A DNA stretch of 63,583 nt, counting the filler, from a bacterium (GTDB lineage: Bacteria > UBP15 > UBA6099 > JAJRTR01): assembly GCA_024278215.1 (NCBI GenBank). It is 5 parts of 5 records of this genome, joined end to end, with 100 filler letters (N's around TTAATTAATTAA, not from the genome) between each part and the next. Parts side by side here need not be neighbours in the genome. Positions count along the whole stretch, not along the records: positions 31,177 to 37,390 come from JAJRTR010000129.1; positions 37,491 to 57,926 come from JAJRTR010000130.1; 3 more parts are not named here. One strand, given 5' to 3'. Shown piece by piece: positions 32,665 to 43,779 of the stretch. The notes below the pieces were generated by a model. The model did no database searches, was not told the DNA's origin, and was given only the letters and a program-made list of their open reading frames with translations. Each line of letters opens with the position of its first letter. The first letter of the stretch is position 1. The translations under genes and the position numbers were made by a program.

Positions 32665-33516
32665 TTACTCGAGCAAATCGAGAACAGCAGGATCGGGCTC
32701 GATGCCGTGCCGCGCCGCTATTGAAAGGATGTATTTTTTCGACGGTTTTGTTATATTGCCGCCACAGACCGACGTTTTCAGATATACATCAGCGGCATGT
32801 TCCACAGTTTCAATAAGAGCAAGCGCGTCGCAGGTTGTCGCACCGGAAGCGATAACCCCACGATACTGCATAAGTGCCGCCGCCTGACGCTGCATCCCTT
32901 CCGCGACAAGCGTGCCGAGGTCGTCTTCAGATGCAACTCCCGTGATCATGCCACATCCCCGCGGGAGAACCGCAACACTTTCCGGGTGCATCTCCCACAC
33001 AAGTTTCGAGAGGCTTTTCGTGTCGAGTTCAGCGGAATAAGAAAGAGCCGTCGCGCCGGGGCAGCGGGCGTGGATAACAATTCTTTCATCAACCATTGCT
33101 GCTTTGCGGCGGACACCGTGGCAATGAAGATGCGTCGGAAACCCGCTCATCGGTCTGCCGGTTTCCTTCATCCCCCAGATAAGCCTGAAGCTTTCCCCGG
33201 ACGGGTTTATCTCGACAACACCGAGGCAGTCTTTGCGGTCGGGCGCATTGCCGTGGAAACATGCGCCGGTGCCTGCGACAAGGTAGTAGTCGCCTGCTGT
33301 TTCCGGAATCCTGACGCCTGTTTCAGTCCAGTTGCCGCCGCGAAAGAAATCTTCGTCGAGCTGTCCGGGAGTGAGCCGCGCACTGATCGTGCAAGTGTTC
33401 CTGCATGTCCAGCCCTTTTCCCACAGTTGCCGCGCAGCTTTGATTATTTCTTCGCACAATTCTCTGAATGTCGGTTCTTTTTTCATTATCGTCACCTGTC
33501 GTGGTAAGTCGAGCAC
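32665..33516 (-). CDS. Rhamnulose-1-phosphate aldolase (RhaD) homologue with degenerate active site
   Basis: Colinear with RhaD (LWEKGW..RN, YLVAGTG, LGVVEI, IWG, LIETVEHAA) but catalytic/Zn residues substituted; start may be ~33489. Confidence 0.78.
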   Translation of the reverse strand: MLDLPRQVTIMKKEPTFRELCEEIIKAARQLWEKGWTCRNTCTISARLTPGQLDEDFFRGGNWTETGVRIPETAGDYYLVAGTGACFHGNAPDRKDCLGVVEINPSGESFRLIWGMKETGRPMSGFPTHLHCHGVRRKAAMVDERIVIHARCPGATALSYSAELDTKSLSKLVWEMHPESVAVLPRGCGMITGVASEDDLGTLVAEGMQRQAAALMQYRGVIASGATTCDALALIETVEHAADVYLKTSVCGGNITKPSKKYILSIAARHGIEPDPAVLDLLE

Positions 33517-33582
33517 GGCCTGAACTTTTGCAGATATTTTATTTTAACACATCAGTACCCCTGTTTGCGAGTATCCGTCGCC

Positions 33583-33714
33583 GGGATGTTGCAACATAAA
33601 AGTGGGTTAAAAACAACCACATTTTTAATGTGCGAAAAACAGGGACTGGTAACGCTGTTTTTTGCGGTACCTGTCCCGCTTTTCGCAAAAACCCACTTTT
33701 ATGTCGCACACCCT
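33583..33714. mobile_element. MITE-like element with internal REP pair
   Basis: Outer IR tgcaacataaaagtgggtt/aacccacttttatgtcgca; inner IR tgcgaaaa..gggactggta/tacctgtccc..ttttcgca; flanking direct repeat gtcgcc(gg). Confidence 0.7.
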
Positions 33715-33766
33715 GTCGCCGGCGCGGCATTTGAAAAATGGCCGTGGTTGTTATAGATTGGAAAGT

Positions 33767-34888
33767 ATGAGAAAATTCGTATTCTGTCTGTTCTTCGCTG
33801 TCGTGCTGCTTGTTATAACAAACATATCCGGCACGGTGAGTGCTCCGAATCTCGATCCGCTCGATTACAACCCGTCGGATTTTCCGCTTGACGAACCGCA
33901 ACAAGTGGAAGTGCGCACACTCCTGCTTCTTGACATGAACCAGGAACTCGACCCACTCAGCATCACAGATTACAGGAACATTCTAAAGAGAGCGGCGGCG
34001 GCTATCAAGAGAGATTACGGCGTCGAACCGGTCTTTAAGATCGAGAACTATATCATGCCGCGCAAACAGTTCCTGGGTGCACGCTACCGGGACTTATGCG
34101 TCCGCGATTACGCGACACTCGCTGTGCCGAAAAGCAAGCGGGAAATAATCGACAGCTATTTCAAGGATATTCCTGAAACCGAATACTGCTATTACAATCT
34201 CGATTATTTCAAACTGCACCTGAGGCAGATTCCTGTGGATGTAACACTTACGAATTATCTTCTTCTCGACCCGTCGGCGTCCACACCCAATGATATTGTT
34301 GCCGGAGCAGATACACCTGTTTCCGCATCGAAGTTCCTCGAATCGACATTGCTTTCAGTGTTCCCGTACATCGGCAGATATAATTTTCTGGAAGACGACC
34401 CGCGCCGGCTGATCCCGGCGGAAGAACGCAAGGACAAGCTCGCGTATGAAATTGCGAGGCGGCTTTCGCGCACAATGCTGCATCTCGGCGAAGTCGATTC
34501 CGGCAACTGTATTATGAGCAAAGATAAAGATGTCGCCTATGCCGCATTTATGGGTGATAACGGTGGAGACAAATGCAGCTCATTCACCCGCTCGCTCGAC
34601 TGGGACATTACATATCTCGGCGAGTTGCTCGCGGCGCGTAAGTATGCCGCGGCTTCGAAAAAAACAGAGCGGATCAGGGAAACGAATTATGGTGATACAC
34701 GCCTGGGAATAGTGCTTGACATCTTTGCTGTTGTCCTCAGTAATAAGCCCGGCGGGAAAAAAGGCATAGCGAATGAATGCGGCGGAATAAAGAATATTTC
34801 TGATGAGAAAAAACTTGAGCGGGAATTTGCCGGAATTGAACGATATATTGAAAGTGCACGCTCGATCTGTAATAAACAGTCGCAATGA
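33767..34888 (+). CDS. Secreted hypothetical protein, possible degenerate metzincin fold
   Basis: Signal peptide MRKFVFCLFFAVVLLV; AYEIARRLSRTMLHLGEVDSGNCIMS resembles HExxHxxGxxH...CIM. Confidence 0.55.
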   Translation: MRKFVFCLFFAVVLLVITNISGTVSAPNLDPLDYNPSDFPLDEPQQVEVRTLLLLDMNQELDPLSITDYRNILKRAAAAIKRDYGVEPVFKIENYIMPRKQFLGARYRDLCVRDYATLAVPKSKREIIDSYFKDIPETEYCYYNLDYFKLHLRQIPVDVTLTNYLLLDPSASTPNDIVAGADTPVSASKFLESTLLSVFPYIGRYNFLEDDPRRLIPAEERKDKLAYEIARRLSRTMLHLGEVDSGNCIMSKDKDVAYAAFMGDNGGDKCSSFTRSLDWDITYLGELLAARKYAAASKKTERIRETNYGDTRLGIVLDIFAVVLSNKPGGKKGIANECGGIKNISDEKKLEREFAGIERYIESARSICNKQSQ

Positions 34889-34926
34889 AATGAATAAAAG
34901 TGGTTGAGCGTTTTTCCGTTCGACCA

Positions 34927-35091
34927 CTACTGTCATGTCAACGATGAAAAGAGTATAGACAAGGGCGCGGTCACCGTACCGCGCATCAACTTGTGCATGT
35001 AAAACCGTTTTCGCGAGAAATATGCTCAGGCGGAGTACGGTGCCCCCGCCCTACACGCAATACGTCAATACAAAGTTGACACGAACACTAC
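34927..35091. mobile_element. MITE-like element with internal GTAG-type REP pair
   Basis: Ends ctactgtcatgtcaac / gttgacacgaacactac; inner agggcgcggtcaccgtac / gtacggtgcccccgccctac; solo ends at 5803-5817 and 30051-30065. Confidence 0.7.
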
Positions 35092-35194
35092 GTATATAAA
35101 ATCAAATAACCCCTGTTTTGTGCATAAATTGCAGTTTCTTTTTTAATGTGATAGCCTTTGATCACTTGGAGAAAAAGCGGAGGTTCCGGAAGCA

Positions 35195-37390
35195 ATGCTC
35201 GGAAAAATCATAAAGATACTTGTTGTAGCGATTTTTGTTGTTTCACTGATTATTTATATCGGAGTGCAGATGTTCATGCGGGGCGGATTGCCGGAGTATT
35301 CGGGCAAAGTCACTGTGGATGACGGCACGCTCGGTGCCGATGTGAGGGTGATTCGGGACAAATACGGTGTCCCGCATATAACGGGCGAAACAGAGAAGGA
35401 TGTATATTTCGCACTCGGCTATGTACACGCCCAGGAACGGCTGTTCCAGATGGTGCTCACACGGCTCGTGGTGCAGGGCCGCCTGTGTGAACTTGTCGGC
35501 GATGCGCCCCTGAGCAGCAGTTTCGGCCATGCCACCATTCTCGCCCAGGACCGCTTCAACCGAATTATCGGCTTCAAGCAACTTGCTAAAGCAGGCGGCA
35601 AACTGATGTCGCCCGAGACAGTCAGTTTGCTCGACAGCTACACGGCAGGCGTTAACACTTACATCAAAACAGCGAAAAAACTGCCGCCCGAATTCACACT
35701 CCTCGGCTACGAGCCCGAACCGTGGACCCGAGAGGATACCATATCGCTCGGCAGGTTCATGGCCTGGGGGCTGTCGTCGAACTGGAAACGCGAACTCTAC
35801 AGGCTTGCGGCAATTGGTGAGTTGGGACTCGAACGCGGCTGGGAGTTCCTGCCCCGGTATCCCGACCACGGCCCCTACATCATCGAACCGGATGTGAAGA
35901 AATATGATCCGCGGGGTAAAACTATCAGAAAGAATCCGCTGCCTGTGCCGCCGGAAACACTCAAATGGCCGGTTATTAAAGCATTGCTCGATGTAGACAT
36001 ACCAATCGAGGGATTGCCGATCATGAGAGGCACGGACATTGCAAGCAACAGTTGGGTCGTGTCCGGCGCGCACTCGCGGAGCGGTGCGCCGATACTTGCC
36101 AACGATCCGCATCTCGTGCATACACTCCCATCGGTTTTCTTCCAGGCCCACCTGAAAACCACCGACGGCGCTCTGGACGCAATCGGTGTCACATTCCCCG
36201 GTATTCCCTGCATGATGCTCGGTCACAACAGGAATGTCGCATGGTCCGCCACAACAACGAGGGCCGACACACAGGACCTCTTTGTCGAACGGGTGAATCC
36301 GGATAATCCCGACCAGTATTTCTATATGAACGGATGGCGTGATTTCGACAAGCGCGACGAGGTCATAAAGATAAAAACGGATGACGGCTACAGAGAAGAG
36401 AAACTGGTGGTCAGGTCTACGATTCACGGCCCGGTCCTGAACGACGTGCTCGGAGTGGTGGCGGAAAACGCACCGCCTGTTGCCCTTAGATGGACGGGCC
36501 AATCCCCATCCCAGGACCTCGATGGTTTCTTTGCGATGGCACGCTCGAAAAATGCTGCCGACTACAGAAACGCAGTCGCCTATATAGGTGTGCCTGTCCA
36601 GAACTGGGTGTATGCAGACAGGGAAGGCAATATCGGATATATAGCAAGCGGTTATTACCCCCTGAGAACCCGTAGCGACGGCACTCTTCCTGTACCCGGA
36701 TGGTCAGGCTTCTATGACTGGCGCGGATTCGTACCCTACAGCGAACTGCCGCGGCTTGAGAACCCGTCCAACGGCATAATAATTACCGCCAACAACGCTG
36801 TTGTGCCCGAAAAAGACTACCCGTTCATTGTTTCGTTCAGTTACAAGTACTACCGGGCATTGCGCATAAAGGAACTACTCGCGTCGAAGGAAAAGTTCAC
36901 TGCGGACGACATGAGAAAATTCCAGGTGGATCATCTGACAAAACAGGGCGAACGATTGACACCTGTGTTTCTCACGGCTTTTGAGAATGCAGGCGATAAG
37001 AACGATAACCTCGCAGTGGAAGCGGCAAAAGCGCTTTCGAAATGGGATTTTCAGGCCGCTCCCGACAGCGTCGGAGCCGCTATTTTCCACACGGCCTATG
37101 CCGAAGCTGTAAAGTTAATGTACAGTGACGATGTGTCCCGCCCGCTCCTGAGCTACATTCTCGGCGCGAGCGGCATCGAGCCGGCTCTGGACATCGCTTT
37201 CGAGACCGGCGAAAACAGCTTCTTCGACAAATCGGACACCGAAAAAAAAGAGACGCGCGACGACATACTTGCCGAAGCTGTTTCAGTGGCGGCGCACAGG
37301 CTCGCAAAACGGTTCGGCAACAACCTGAAGAAATGGAAATGGGGCAAAATCCATATACTCAGGCTGGCGCATCCTTTCTCGAACAGGAAG
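35195..37390 (+). CDS. Penicillin acylase family (S45 Ntn-hydrolase), 3'-truncated
   Basis: RDKYGVPHI, GYVHAQERLFQM, autoproteolytic ASNSWVVSG, LANDPHL, TANN, WKWGKIH. Confidence 0.93.
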
Positions 37391-37490
37391 NNNNNNNNNN
37401 NNNNNNNNNNNNNNNNNNNNNNNNNNNNNNNNNNTTAATTAATTAANNNNNNNNNNNNNNNNNNNNNNNNNNNNNNNNNNNNNNNNNNNN
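37391..37490. other. Artificial contig spacer
   Basis: N44-TTAATTAATTAA-N44. Confidence 0.97.
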
Positions 37491-37571
37491 ACATATATAA
37501 CAACTGAACATAAGGATATGTTCCCGGTTGAAGAAAATTTATACGGTAACACGGCCCTGGAAATGAGGCCA

Positions 37572-40500
37572 TCAATCGTAAATCAATTCGTTAACTGTTT
37601 TGCACAGTTCTCTTGTACCGAAGGGTTTCTGGAGGAACTTCTTTATGCCGTCCTGCTTCATCCTGCGGGCCTGGGCATCCACGCTGTAACCGGAAACCAC
37701 TGCAACTTTTACGTCGGGGGTAACCTTTTTCAACTCCCTGTATACAGCTCTGCCGTTCATCTCCGACATTTCAAAGTCGAGGAGAACCGCGTCGATAACC
37801 CCGTGCATTTTTCTGAACATTTCAACTGCTCTCCGACCGCTGTTGCAGGGTAGAATGCGGAAACCGGCATTCTCGAGGGCTTCGCCCGTCATGTCGATTA
37901 CATCTTTGTCGTCGTCGATCAGCATGATCAATTCACCGTTTCCGGTGGTGTCGCTGTTCGCCGGGTCCGAATCCCGTGATTCCGCCGGAACATCGGCAAT
38001 AGGCAGATATATCTCGAAAGTGGTGCCCTCTCCAACATGGCTCGTCACTTCGATATGCCCGCCGTGATTGCGGATGATGCCGAGCGTCACGGAGAGTCCG
38101 AGGCCCGTACCTTTTCCCCTTTCCTTGGTCGTGAAAAAAGGCTCGAAGATGTTTTTCATGATGTCTTCCGGTATACCGTCGCCAGTGTCCGTGATGCTGA
38201 TTCTGCAATATGCGCCGGGCCGGGCGAACGGCTTGTCGCGGCAATGGTCGTTGTCGATTGTCACCTGTTCGCAGGCGATCTTTATCGTGCCGCCGTCGGG
38301 CATGGCATCGAGCGCGTTGAGACATATATTGAGCAGAGCCTGGTGCATCTGGTTGGCATCGGCTTTTATTCCGGGCATATCGCCAATGTAGTCTACCCTG
38401 ATTGCCGCCTGTCGTTTCGATACACGCTCGAGAATATCAATGAGGTCCTCGAGTAGCATCTCGACGGCAATAACCTGTACGTCGAGTTTTTCTTTGCGTG
38501 CGAAAGTGAGAAGTTTGGTTGTAAGGTCCCTTGCGCGGTCCGCCGATCTCAGTATCCTGGCGATTCGTTTTCTGTTGGGGTCGTCTTCGCCGATTTTCTT
38601 TATCGCCATTTCCGCCGTTCCCATCACAACCGCGAGTATGTTGTTGAACTCGTGGGCCATGCCGCCTGCAAGTGTGCCGATCGCCTCCATCTTCTGCGAC
38701 TGGATAAGCTGCTGCATCAGCTTTTCTTTTTCTTTTTCATATTTTTTCCTGGCTGTTATGTCATGGGCGATCCCCTCGACAGCGACGACAGTGCCGTTTT
38801 CATCAAAAACCGGCACTTCCGATACTTCCAGCATGATTATTGATCCGTCTTTGTGGTACATCTCTATCTCATAAGGCGGCTGCTTCTTGCCCGCGATACT
38901 CAGATCGGTATATTTATACACATTCTCGTTTACCGGACTGTCCGTCATGTAGGTAGTGTAATGCGACATGAATTCTTCAACAGTATAGCCGAGTATCCTG
39001 GTCAGCGATGGACTTAAATAAGTAAGCACCCCTTTTGTATCGTGCGAATAGAAAAAGTATTCCTGTTCGAGATTTTCGATCAGGCGACGGTATTTTCCCT
39101 CGCTTGTCCTGAGCAGTTCCTCTGCCATCTTGCGGCTTGTGATGTCGGTGGCTATGCCGAGCACATAGACAGTGGCCCCCGCGGCGTCTTTGATAGGTGT
39201 CAGGTTGGTGATAAACCACCTGCGCTCGCCCATAATCACGCTCTTAGACTCGATCGCCGGCATCGGCACGCCCGATTCGAAGACCTTGCGTATGCTCGAA
39301 AGTTGCTTATCGGCGATTTTAGCAGGGAAGTAATCGTGCAGTTTTTTGCCGAACATGTCCACCGCTTTTGTGCCGAACATGCGCGCGGCGACCTTGTTGA
39401 CAAAGACATATTCTCCCCACTGGTTCACCATGAATATGGGATCGGGGATTGCCTCGACGAGGCCCTTCTGCAACTCCTCGGTTTCCTTCAGTTGCTCGAT
39501 AGCAAGTTTGCGGTCTGTTATATCTCTTATAAAGTCGAGACTCGCCGGTTTCCCCCTGTAGTTTATCAGGTTCACGTTTAATTCGACACTGACGATGTCG
39601 CCGCTCTTATGCAGAAGTTCGGCCTCGAAACACATTTTTTCTTCAGCCCCGGATATGTGTCTCTCGTATATTCTCGACATCCTTTCCTTCTCATATTCCG
39701 GGAAGAATTCAAGAAATTCTCTTCCGTGCATCTCTTCGGGCGTATAGCCGTTTATTTCTGTGAAACGCCTGCTGCAGTATGCCAGTTTCCAATCCTGTGT
39801 GATGCAGATGGCGTCGTTCGCATTCTCGACAAGCGTACGGTACTTTTCTTCCGACTCCCTGAGCGCTTTTTCCGTATGCTCTCTCTGTTTAATATCTCTT
39901 TCGAGCCGCTGTCTGATAGCCTCGAGGTCTTTTGTTCTTTCTCTGACCTTTTCCTCGAGGAGGTTCTTTGCTCTTCTTACTTTATCCTCCGCGTTTTTCC
40001 TTTTCGTGATGTCGCGGAAGATCACCTGGAGAGCATATACTGCACCTTTCTTCATAAGTCTCGACGCATATATCTCGACCCACAGGTCGTCCCCGCTCAC
40101 TGTGTTGAGTTTTACCTCGAGGACACCGAGGTTTTTTCCTTTTACCATTTCTATGAAAAGGTCCAGATAATTGGGAAGAACCTCTTCATTGAACAGGTCG
40201 ATGTCGGCGAAGTGCTTTCCGATGACATCCTCCCTGCTGTAACCGACCAGTTCCTTTGACAAATAATTGACATCCTGGACAAAACCATCCATGCCCACAA
40301 TAGCAACCACTTCCGGCGACGACTCGAACAGCAGTCGGTATCGCTCCTCGCTTTCTATCAACGATTCCTCGGCCTGTTTCCGTTTTGTGATATCCCTCAT
40401 GCTCGTAATGAAGCCGATAACATTGCCGTCTGCGTCCCTGATGTTGGAAACTATGTTTTCCGTATAAAATATATCTCCATTCCTGTTTCGCCATTTCCAT

Positions 40501-40796
40501 TCCTGAGTTTCTTCAGGGAAATAGCCCGTTTCCTTATAGGCTTTCCAGAAATTGTCGAATTCTTTTCTGCTTTCGGCATGAAGCAATTTCAGGGGAAGAG
40601 AAGTATCTTTAATAATTTCCTCCGGCGTGTAGCCGAAAATATCGTAACATGCCGGGCTTGCAAACTCGATATTTCTATCGGCGCTTATCCTGATTATAGC
40701 CTCACGAGACCGTTGCAGTAGCGCGCTGATTACATGCTCGTCCACGCCTGATATATTCAGATCGCCGTTGTCTTTATCCAATATGTTGTCGCTCAT
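37572..40796 (-). CDS. Cytoplasmic hybrid histidine kinase: 5 PAS, HisKA, HATPase, REC
   Basis: Five PAS/PAC units ending DIT.RK; AHEFNN H-box; NALDAM, DTGDG, FFTTK, GTGLGL; receiver DDD..LLD..KPF; alternative start 40865. Confidence 0.93.
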   Translation of the reverse strand: MSDNILDKDNGDLNISGVDEHVISALLQRSREAIIRISADRNIEFASPACYDIFGYTPEEIIKDTSLPLKLLHAESRKEFDNFWKAYKETGYFPEETQEWKWRNRNGDIFYTENIVSNIRDADGNVIGFITSMRDITKRKQAEESLIESEERYRLLFESSPEVVAIVGMDGFVQDVNYLSKELVGYSREDVIGKHFADIDLFNEEVLPNYLDLFIEMVKGKNLGVLEVKLNTVSGDDLWVEIYASRLMKKGAVYALQVIFRDITKRKNAEDKVRRAKNLLEEKVRERTKDLEAIRQRLERDIKQREHTEKALRESEEKYRTLVENANDAICITQDWKLAYCSRRFTEINGYTPEEMHGREFLEFFPEYEKERMSRIYERHISGAEEKMCFEAELLHKSGDIVSVELNVNLINYRGKPASLDFIRDITDRKLAIEQLKETEELQKGLVEAIPDPIFMVNQWGEYVFVNKVAARMFGTKAVDMFGKKLHDYFPAKIADKQLSSIRKVFESGVPMPAIESKSVIMGERRWFITNLTPIKDAAGATVYVLGIATDITSRKMAEELLRTSEGKYRRLIENLEQEYFFYSHDTKGVLTYLSPSLTRILGYTVEEFMSHYTTYMTDSPVNENVYKYTDLSIAGKKQPPYEIEMYHKDGSIIMLEVSEVPVFDENGTVVAVEGIAHDITARKKYEKEKEKLMQQLIQSQKMEAIGTLAGGMAHEFNNILAVVMGTAEMAIKKIGEDDPNRKRIARILRSADRARDLTTKLLTFARKEKLDVQVIAVEMLLEDLIDILERVSKRQAAIRVDYIGDMPGIKADANQMHQALLNICLNALDAMPDGGTIKIACEQVTIDNDHCRDKPFARPGAYCRISITDTGDGIPEDIMKNIFEPFFTTKERGKGTGLGLSVTLGIIRNHGGHIEVTSHVGEGTTFEIYLPIADVPAESRDSDPANSDTTGNGELIMLIDDDKDVIDMTGEALENAGFRILPCNSGRRAVEMFRKMHGVIDAVLLDFEMSEMNGRAVYRELKKVTPDVKVAVVSGYSVDAQARRMKQDGIKKFLQKPFGTRELCKTVNELIYD

Positions 40797-41307
40797 GATT
40801 TGACTTTTTGTATCATCCGTGAAGTGAATTTTGTGTTCGATGTTCGTGATGTGCCTGTACAGCACCCCTTAATAATATACAATAAGCATTTACAAAAGCT
40901 TTGTCAAAATCCAGCGCAGTTGTTTTATCGCATTGACAGTTGGAGAATTTTATATACACTTTGCGGCTCATGTACAGAGGGGATTGCCCGCCGACACAAT
41001 TGTCGACTTTATCATTACCATGCTGGTCCAGTTGCAGATTACACAACTGCCGCGATTTCACTACATAAAATTCGGGTTTATTATGACATTCAGTTTTTGG
41101 TCGGTATGATAACATTGAATTATGATGTATAATGATACTCGTATAGCAGTACATTACGCAAGAATATCAAAACTATTCCATTCATACGAAAACAGATCGG
41201 TCGGCAAGGGGCATTTCGTGACATCTCCCTTTCTGTCCCCATGGAACCGCCGTGCGCGTTGCATCAACAACCTGGTCGATAAATGCATATATCAGGGCTG
41301 AAACAAC

Positions 41308-41736
41308 ATGCTGCAAATGAAAGAACTATGCGAAATGAACGAAAAGCCCCGGCACATAAAATATGGTACAGCGCTGATTATTGACGGTGATGTAAACTCA
41401 CAGAAACAACTTCGTGAATACCTGACCGAGCACTTCAATATATTCACGGCACATGACGGCCACCTGGGCATCGAGATGGCTGTAGACCACCGTCCAGACG
41501 TAATAATACTGGACTTTCATACGCCTTTCCTTGACGGGCTCTCCACGCTTATGCTTCTTAAGGATTTTCCGGAAACTAAATATATTCCGGTGATGATGAT
41601 AGGGGCGGATGTGAAGAAAACAAATATTGTCGCGGCCATAAAATCCGGCGCTTCCGACATAATGCTCAAACCGATAAGAAATGACGCTATACTGAAAAAA
41701 ACAATCGCCCTGATAGAGAAATCACAGGAGCGTTAG
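41308..41736 (+). CDS. Single-domain response regulator
   Basis: LIIDGD, PDVIILD, GASDIMLKP. Confidence 0.85.
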   Translation: MLQMKELCEMNEKPRHIKYGTALIIDGDVNSQKQLREYLTEHFNIFTAHDGHLGIEMAVDHRPDVIILDFHTPFLDGLSTLMLLKDFPETKYIPVMMIGADVKKTNIVAAIKSGASDIMLKPIRNDAILKKTIALIEKSQER

Positions 41737-41741
41737 ACCCA

Positions 41742-41906
41742 ATACCGTTCAGTTAGCACTACAACGCAAGATTTGTAAATACAACAGGCAGAGAGTTACA
41801 CAGGCGAGACGCCTATGCTACTAAAAAGATGTTTTTTTATAAAAGTAGCACAGGCGTCTCGCCTGTGAAAATCGAAAGTTGCGTTGTAGTGTTAACTGAA
41901 CGGCAT
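41742..41906. mobile_element. MITE-like element with 28-bp terminal IRs enclosing a GTAG REP pair
   Basis: ataccgttcagttagcactacaacgcaa / ttgcgttgtagtgttaactgaacggcat (2 mismatches); inner cacaggcgagacgcctatgctact / agtagcacaggcgtctcgcctgtg (1 mismatch). Confidence 0.82.
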
Positions 41907-41911
41907 GTCGG

Positions 41912-43681
41912 CTAGTGATTAAATTTCCTCACGCCGGTGAATATCATAGCAATGCCGTGTTCGTCGGCGGCGGCGATGACCTCGTCGTCGCGCACAGAGC
42001 CGCCCGGCTCGATGACCAGCTTGACGCCTGTGGCGGCGGCGTTGTCGAGTCCGTCGCGGAACGGAAAGAATGCCTCGGATGCAAGGGCGACATTATCGCC
42101 CGCGAGCTGTGTTGCCACATATGCAGCTTCTTTCGCGAGATATTCTTTCAAGTCTGATTCCGAAGCGCCGGAGATGTATTCTTCGCGTGTGCCGTCGATG
42201 CCCGCCGAGGCGAAATATTCGAGACGCAGATTATCCGCCGCCTTTTGTCCCGCGAGGGCGACAGCGTCCCTGCGGTTCGGCTGCCCGCAGCCCATGCCGA
42301 GCGTTTGATATTTGCCGGGCGCGTATTCGCGGCAGATCGAGATCGCATTTGATTTTACGTGTTTGAGATGCCGGAGAGTGAAATCGACGAGTCCCGAGCG
42401 CGCGGCGGGCGGTTTCTTCGCGGTGACGACACCCACACGCAGTTTCTTACCGCTGTTCGCGCAAGTCATTTCGGTCGCGTCGGCTGTGAGTCCGTCCACA
42501 TCGTCGCAGAGATAGTATTTGTCGTCATTTTCCTGTTCGAGCAGGCCGCCTGCGACTGCCCGCAGCTTTGTCGTTTCGGGCGCGTCGGCCGGAATATCGC
42601 CGTATTCGAGAAGCCGCAAACCAGCTTTTTTCTTACCGAGCCCCTGTATATATTCGAGCGCGTCCTTTTCTATTTTCGGTGCGATAATGACTTCGACGAA
42701 CCTGTTTTCGACGAGTCTGGCGACTGCTATATTCATCGGTCGCGTGAGAGCGATAACGCTACCGAACGCGCTGACCGGGTCGCCCTGCCAGGCCTTCTCG
42801 AACGCCTCCTCGAGTGTTTCGCCGACTGCGTAGCCGCACGGGTTCGAGTGCTTGATTACCGACACGGCGATTTTGTCTTTGAACTCGAGCGCGGATGCAA
42901 GGGCCGCTTCGGCGTCCACATAATTGTTGTAGCCCATCGGGCCGCCGTGCACCTGTTTCGCATTGGGGACATTGGGTGCGCGGAGGTCTTCGCGGCGGTA
43001 GAGCCAGCCTTTCTGATGCCAGTTTTCAGCGTAACGGCCAAGTTGCTCGCCGTCGACATATTTCAGTCTTTTTTCCAGCTTGTTTTTGAATGTTTTGCTG
43101 AAGTAAGCGCTGATGGAGGAGTCGTAATCGGCAGTGCGCTCGAAAGCGGTCGCCGCGAGAAGTTTTCGTGTTTCCAGCGATAGGTCGCCGTCGTTTTGCT
43201 CCATCTCCTGCATGATCGGCCCATACATTGCCGGGTCGACAACGATCGCGACGCCCTGGAAGTTTTTAGCTGCCGCGCGCACCATACACGGGCCGCCGAT
43301 GTCGATGTTGTCGACTGCTTTTCCGACCGTTACGTCCGGTGCGGCGACTGTTTTCTCGAATGGATAGAGATTGCACACTACCATGTCGATTTTCGGGATG
43401 CCGAGTTCGCGCGCCTGGGCGACATGCCGCTCGTCGTCGCGCCTGTACAGAAGCGCGCTCTCGTAGTTGAAACTTATGGTTTTCATGCGGCCGCTGAAGT
43501 AGTCGCCTTTTTCGTTTCCGGTGATCTCCTGTATTTGAGTTATCCCGATTCCGGCTTCCGACAGTTTCTTTCCCGTGCCGCCTGTGGAAATAATCTTCAC
43601 GCCTTTCGAAGCGAGGAATTTCGCGAATTCCACAACGCCTGTTTTGTCACTTACGCTTATTACCGCTGTTTCGATTTTCAT
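41912..43681 (-). CDS. purH: Bifunctional AICAR transformylase/IMP cyclohydrolase
   Basis: [71 protein letters not shown]. Confidence 0.95.
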   Translation of the reverse strand: MKIETAVISVSDKTGVVEFAKFLASKGVKIISTGGTGKKLSEAGIGITQIQEITGNEKGDYFSGRMKTISFNYESALLYRRDDERHVAQARELGIPKIDMVVCNLYPFEKTVAAPDVTVGKAVDNIDIGGPCMVRAAAKNFQGVAIVVDPAMYGPIMQEMEQNDGDLSLETRKLLAATAFERTADYDSSISAYFSKTFKNKLEKRLKYVDGEQLGRYAENWHQKGWLYRREDLRAPNVPNAKQVHGGPMGYNNYVDAEAALASALEFKDKIAVSVIKHSNPCGYAVGETLEEAFEKAWQGDPVSAFGSVIALTRPMNIAVARLVENRFVEVIIAPKIEKDALEYIQGLGKKKAGLRLLEYGDIPADAPETTKLRAVAGGLLEQENDDKYYLCDDVDGLTADATEMTCANSGKKLRVGVVTAKKPPAARSGLVDFTLRHLKHVKSNAISICREYAPGKYQTLGMGCGQPNRRDAVALAGQKAADNLRLEYFASAGIDGTREEYISGASESDLKEYLAKEAAYVATQLAGDNVALASEAFFPFRDGLDNAAATGVKLVIEPGGSVRDDEVIAAADEHGIAMIFTGVRKFNH

Positions 43682-43779
43682 TGTGTTATGTCCCTCCATA
43701 TATTTACAGAAATATATTACTCAACTTGTGCGAACTTAGATATTCTGCGCATGTTTCAAAAACACACAAGTTAGATATT

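Noticed and set aside
41753-41760. TTAGCACT as a CIRCE half-site
   Set aside because: No N9-spaced GAGTGCTAA partner, not upstream of a chaperone gene, and part of a MITE terminal repeat.
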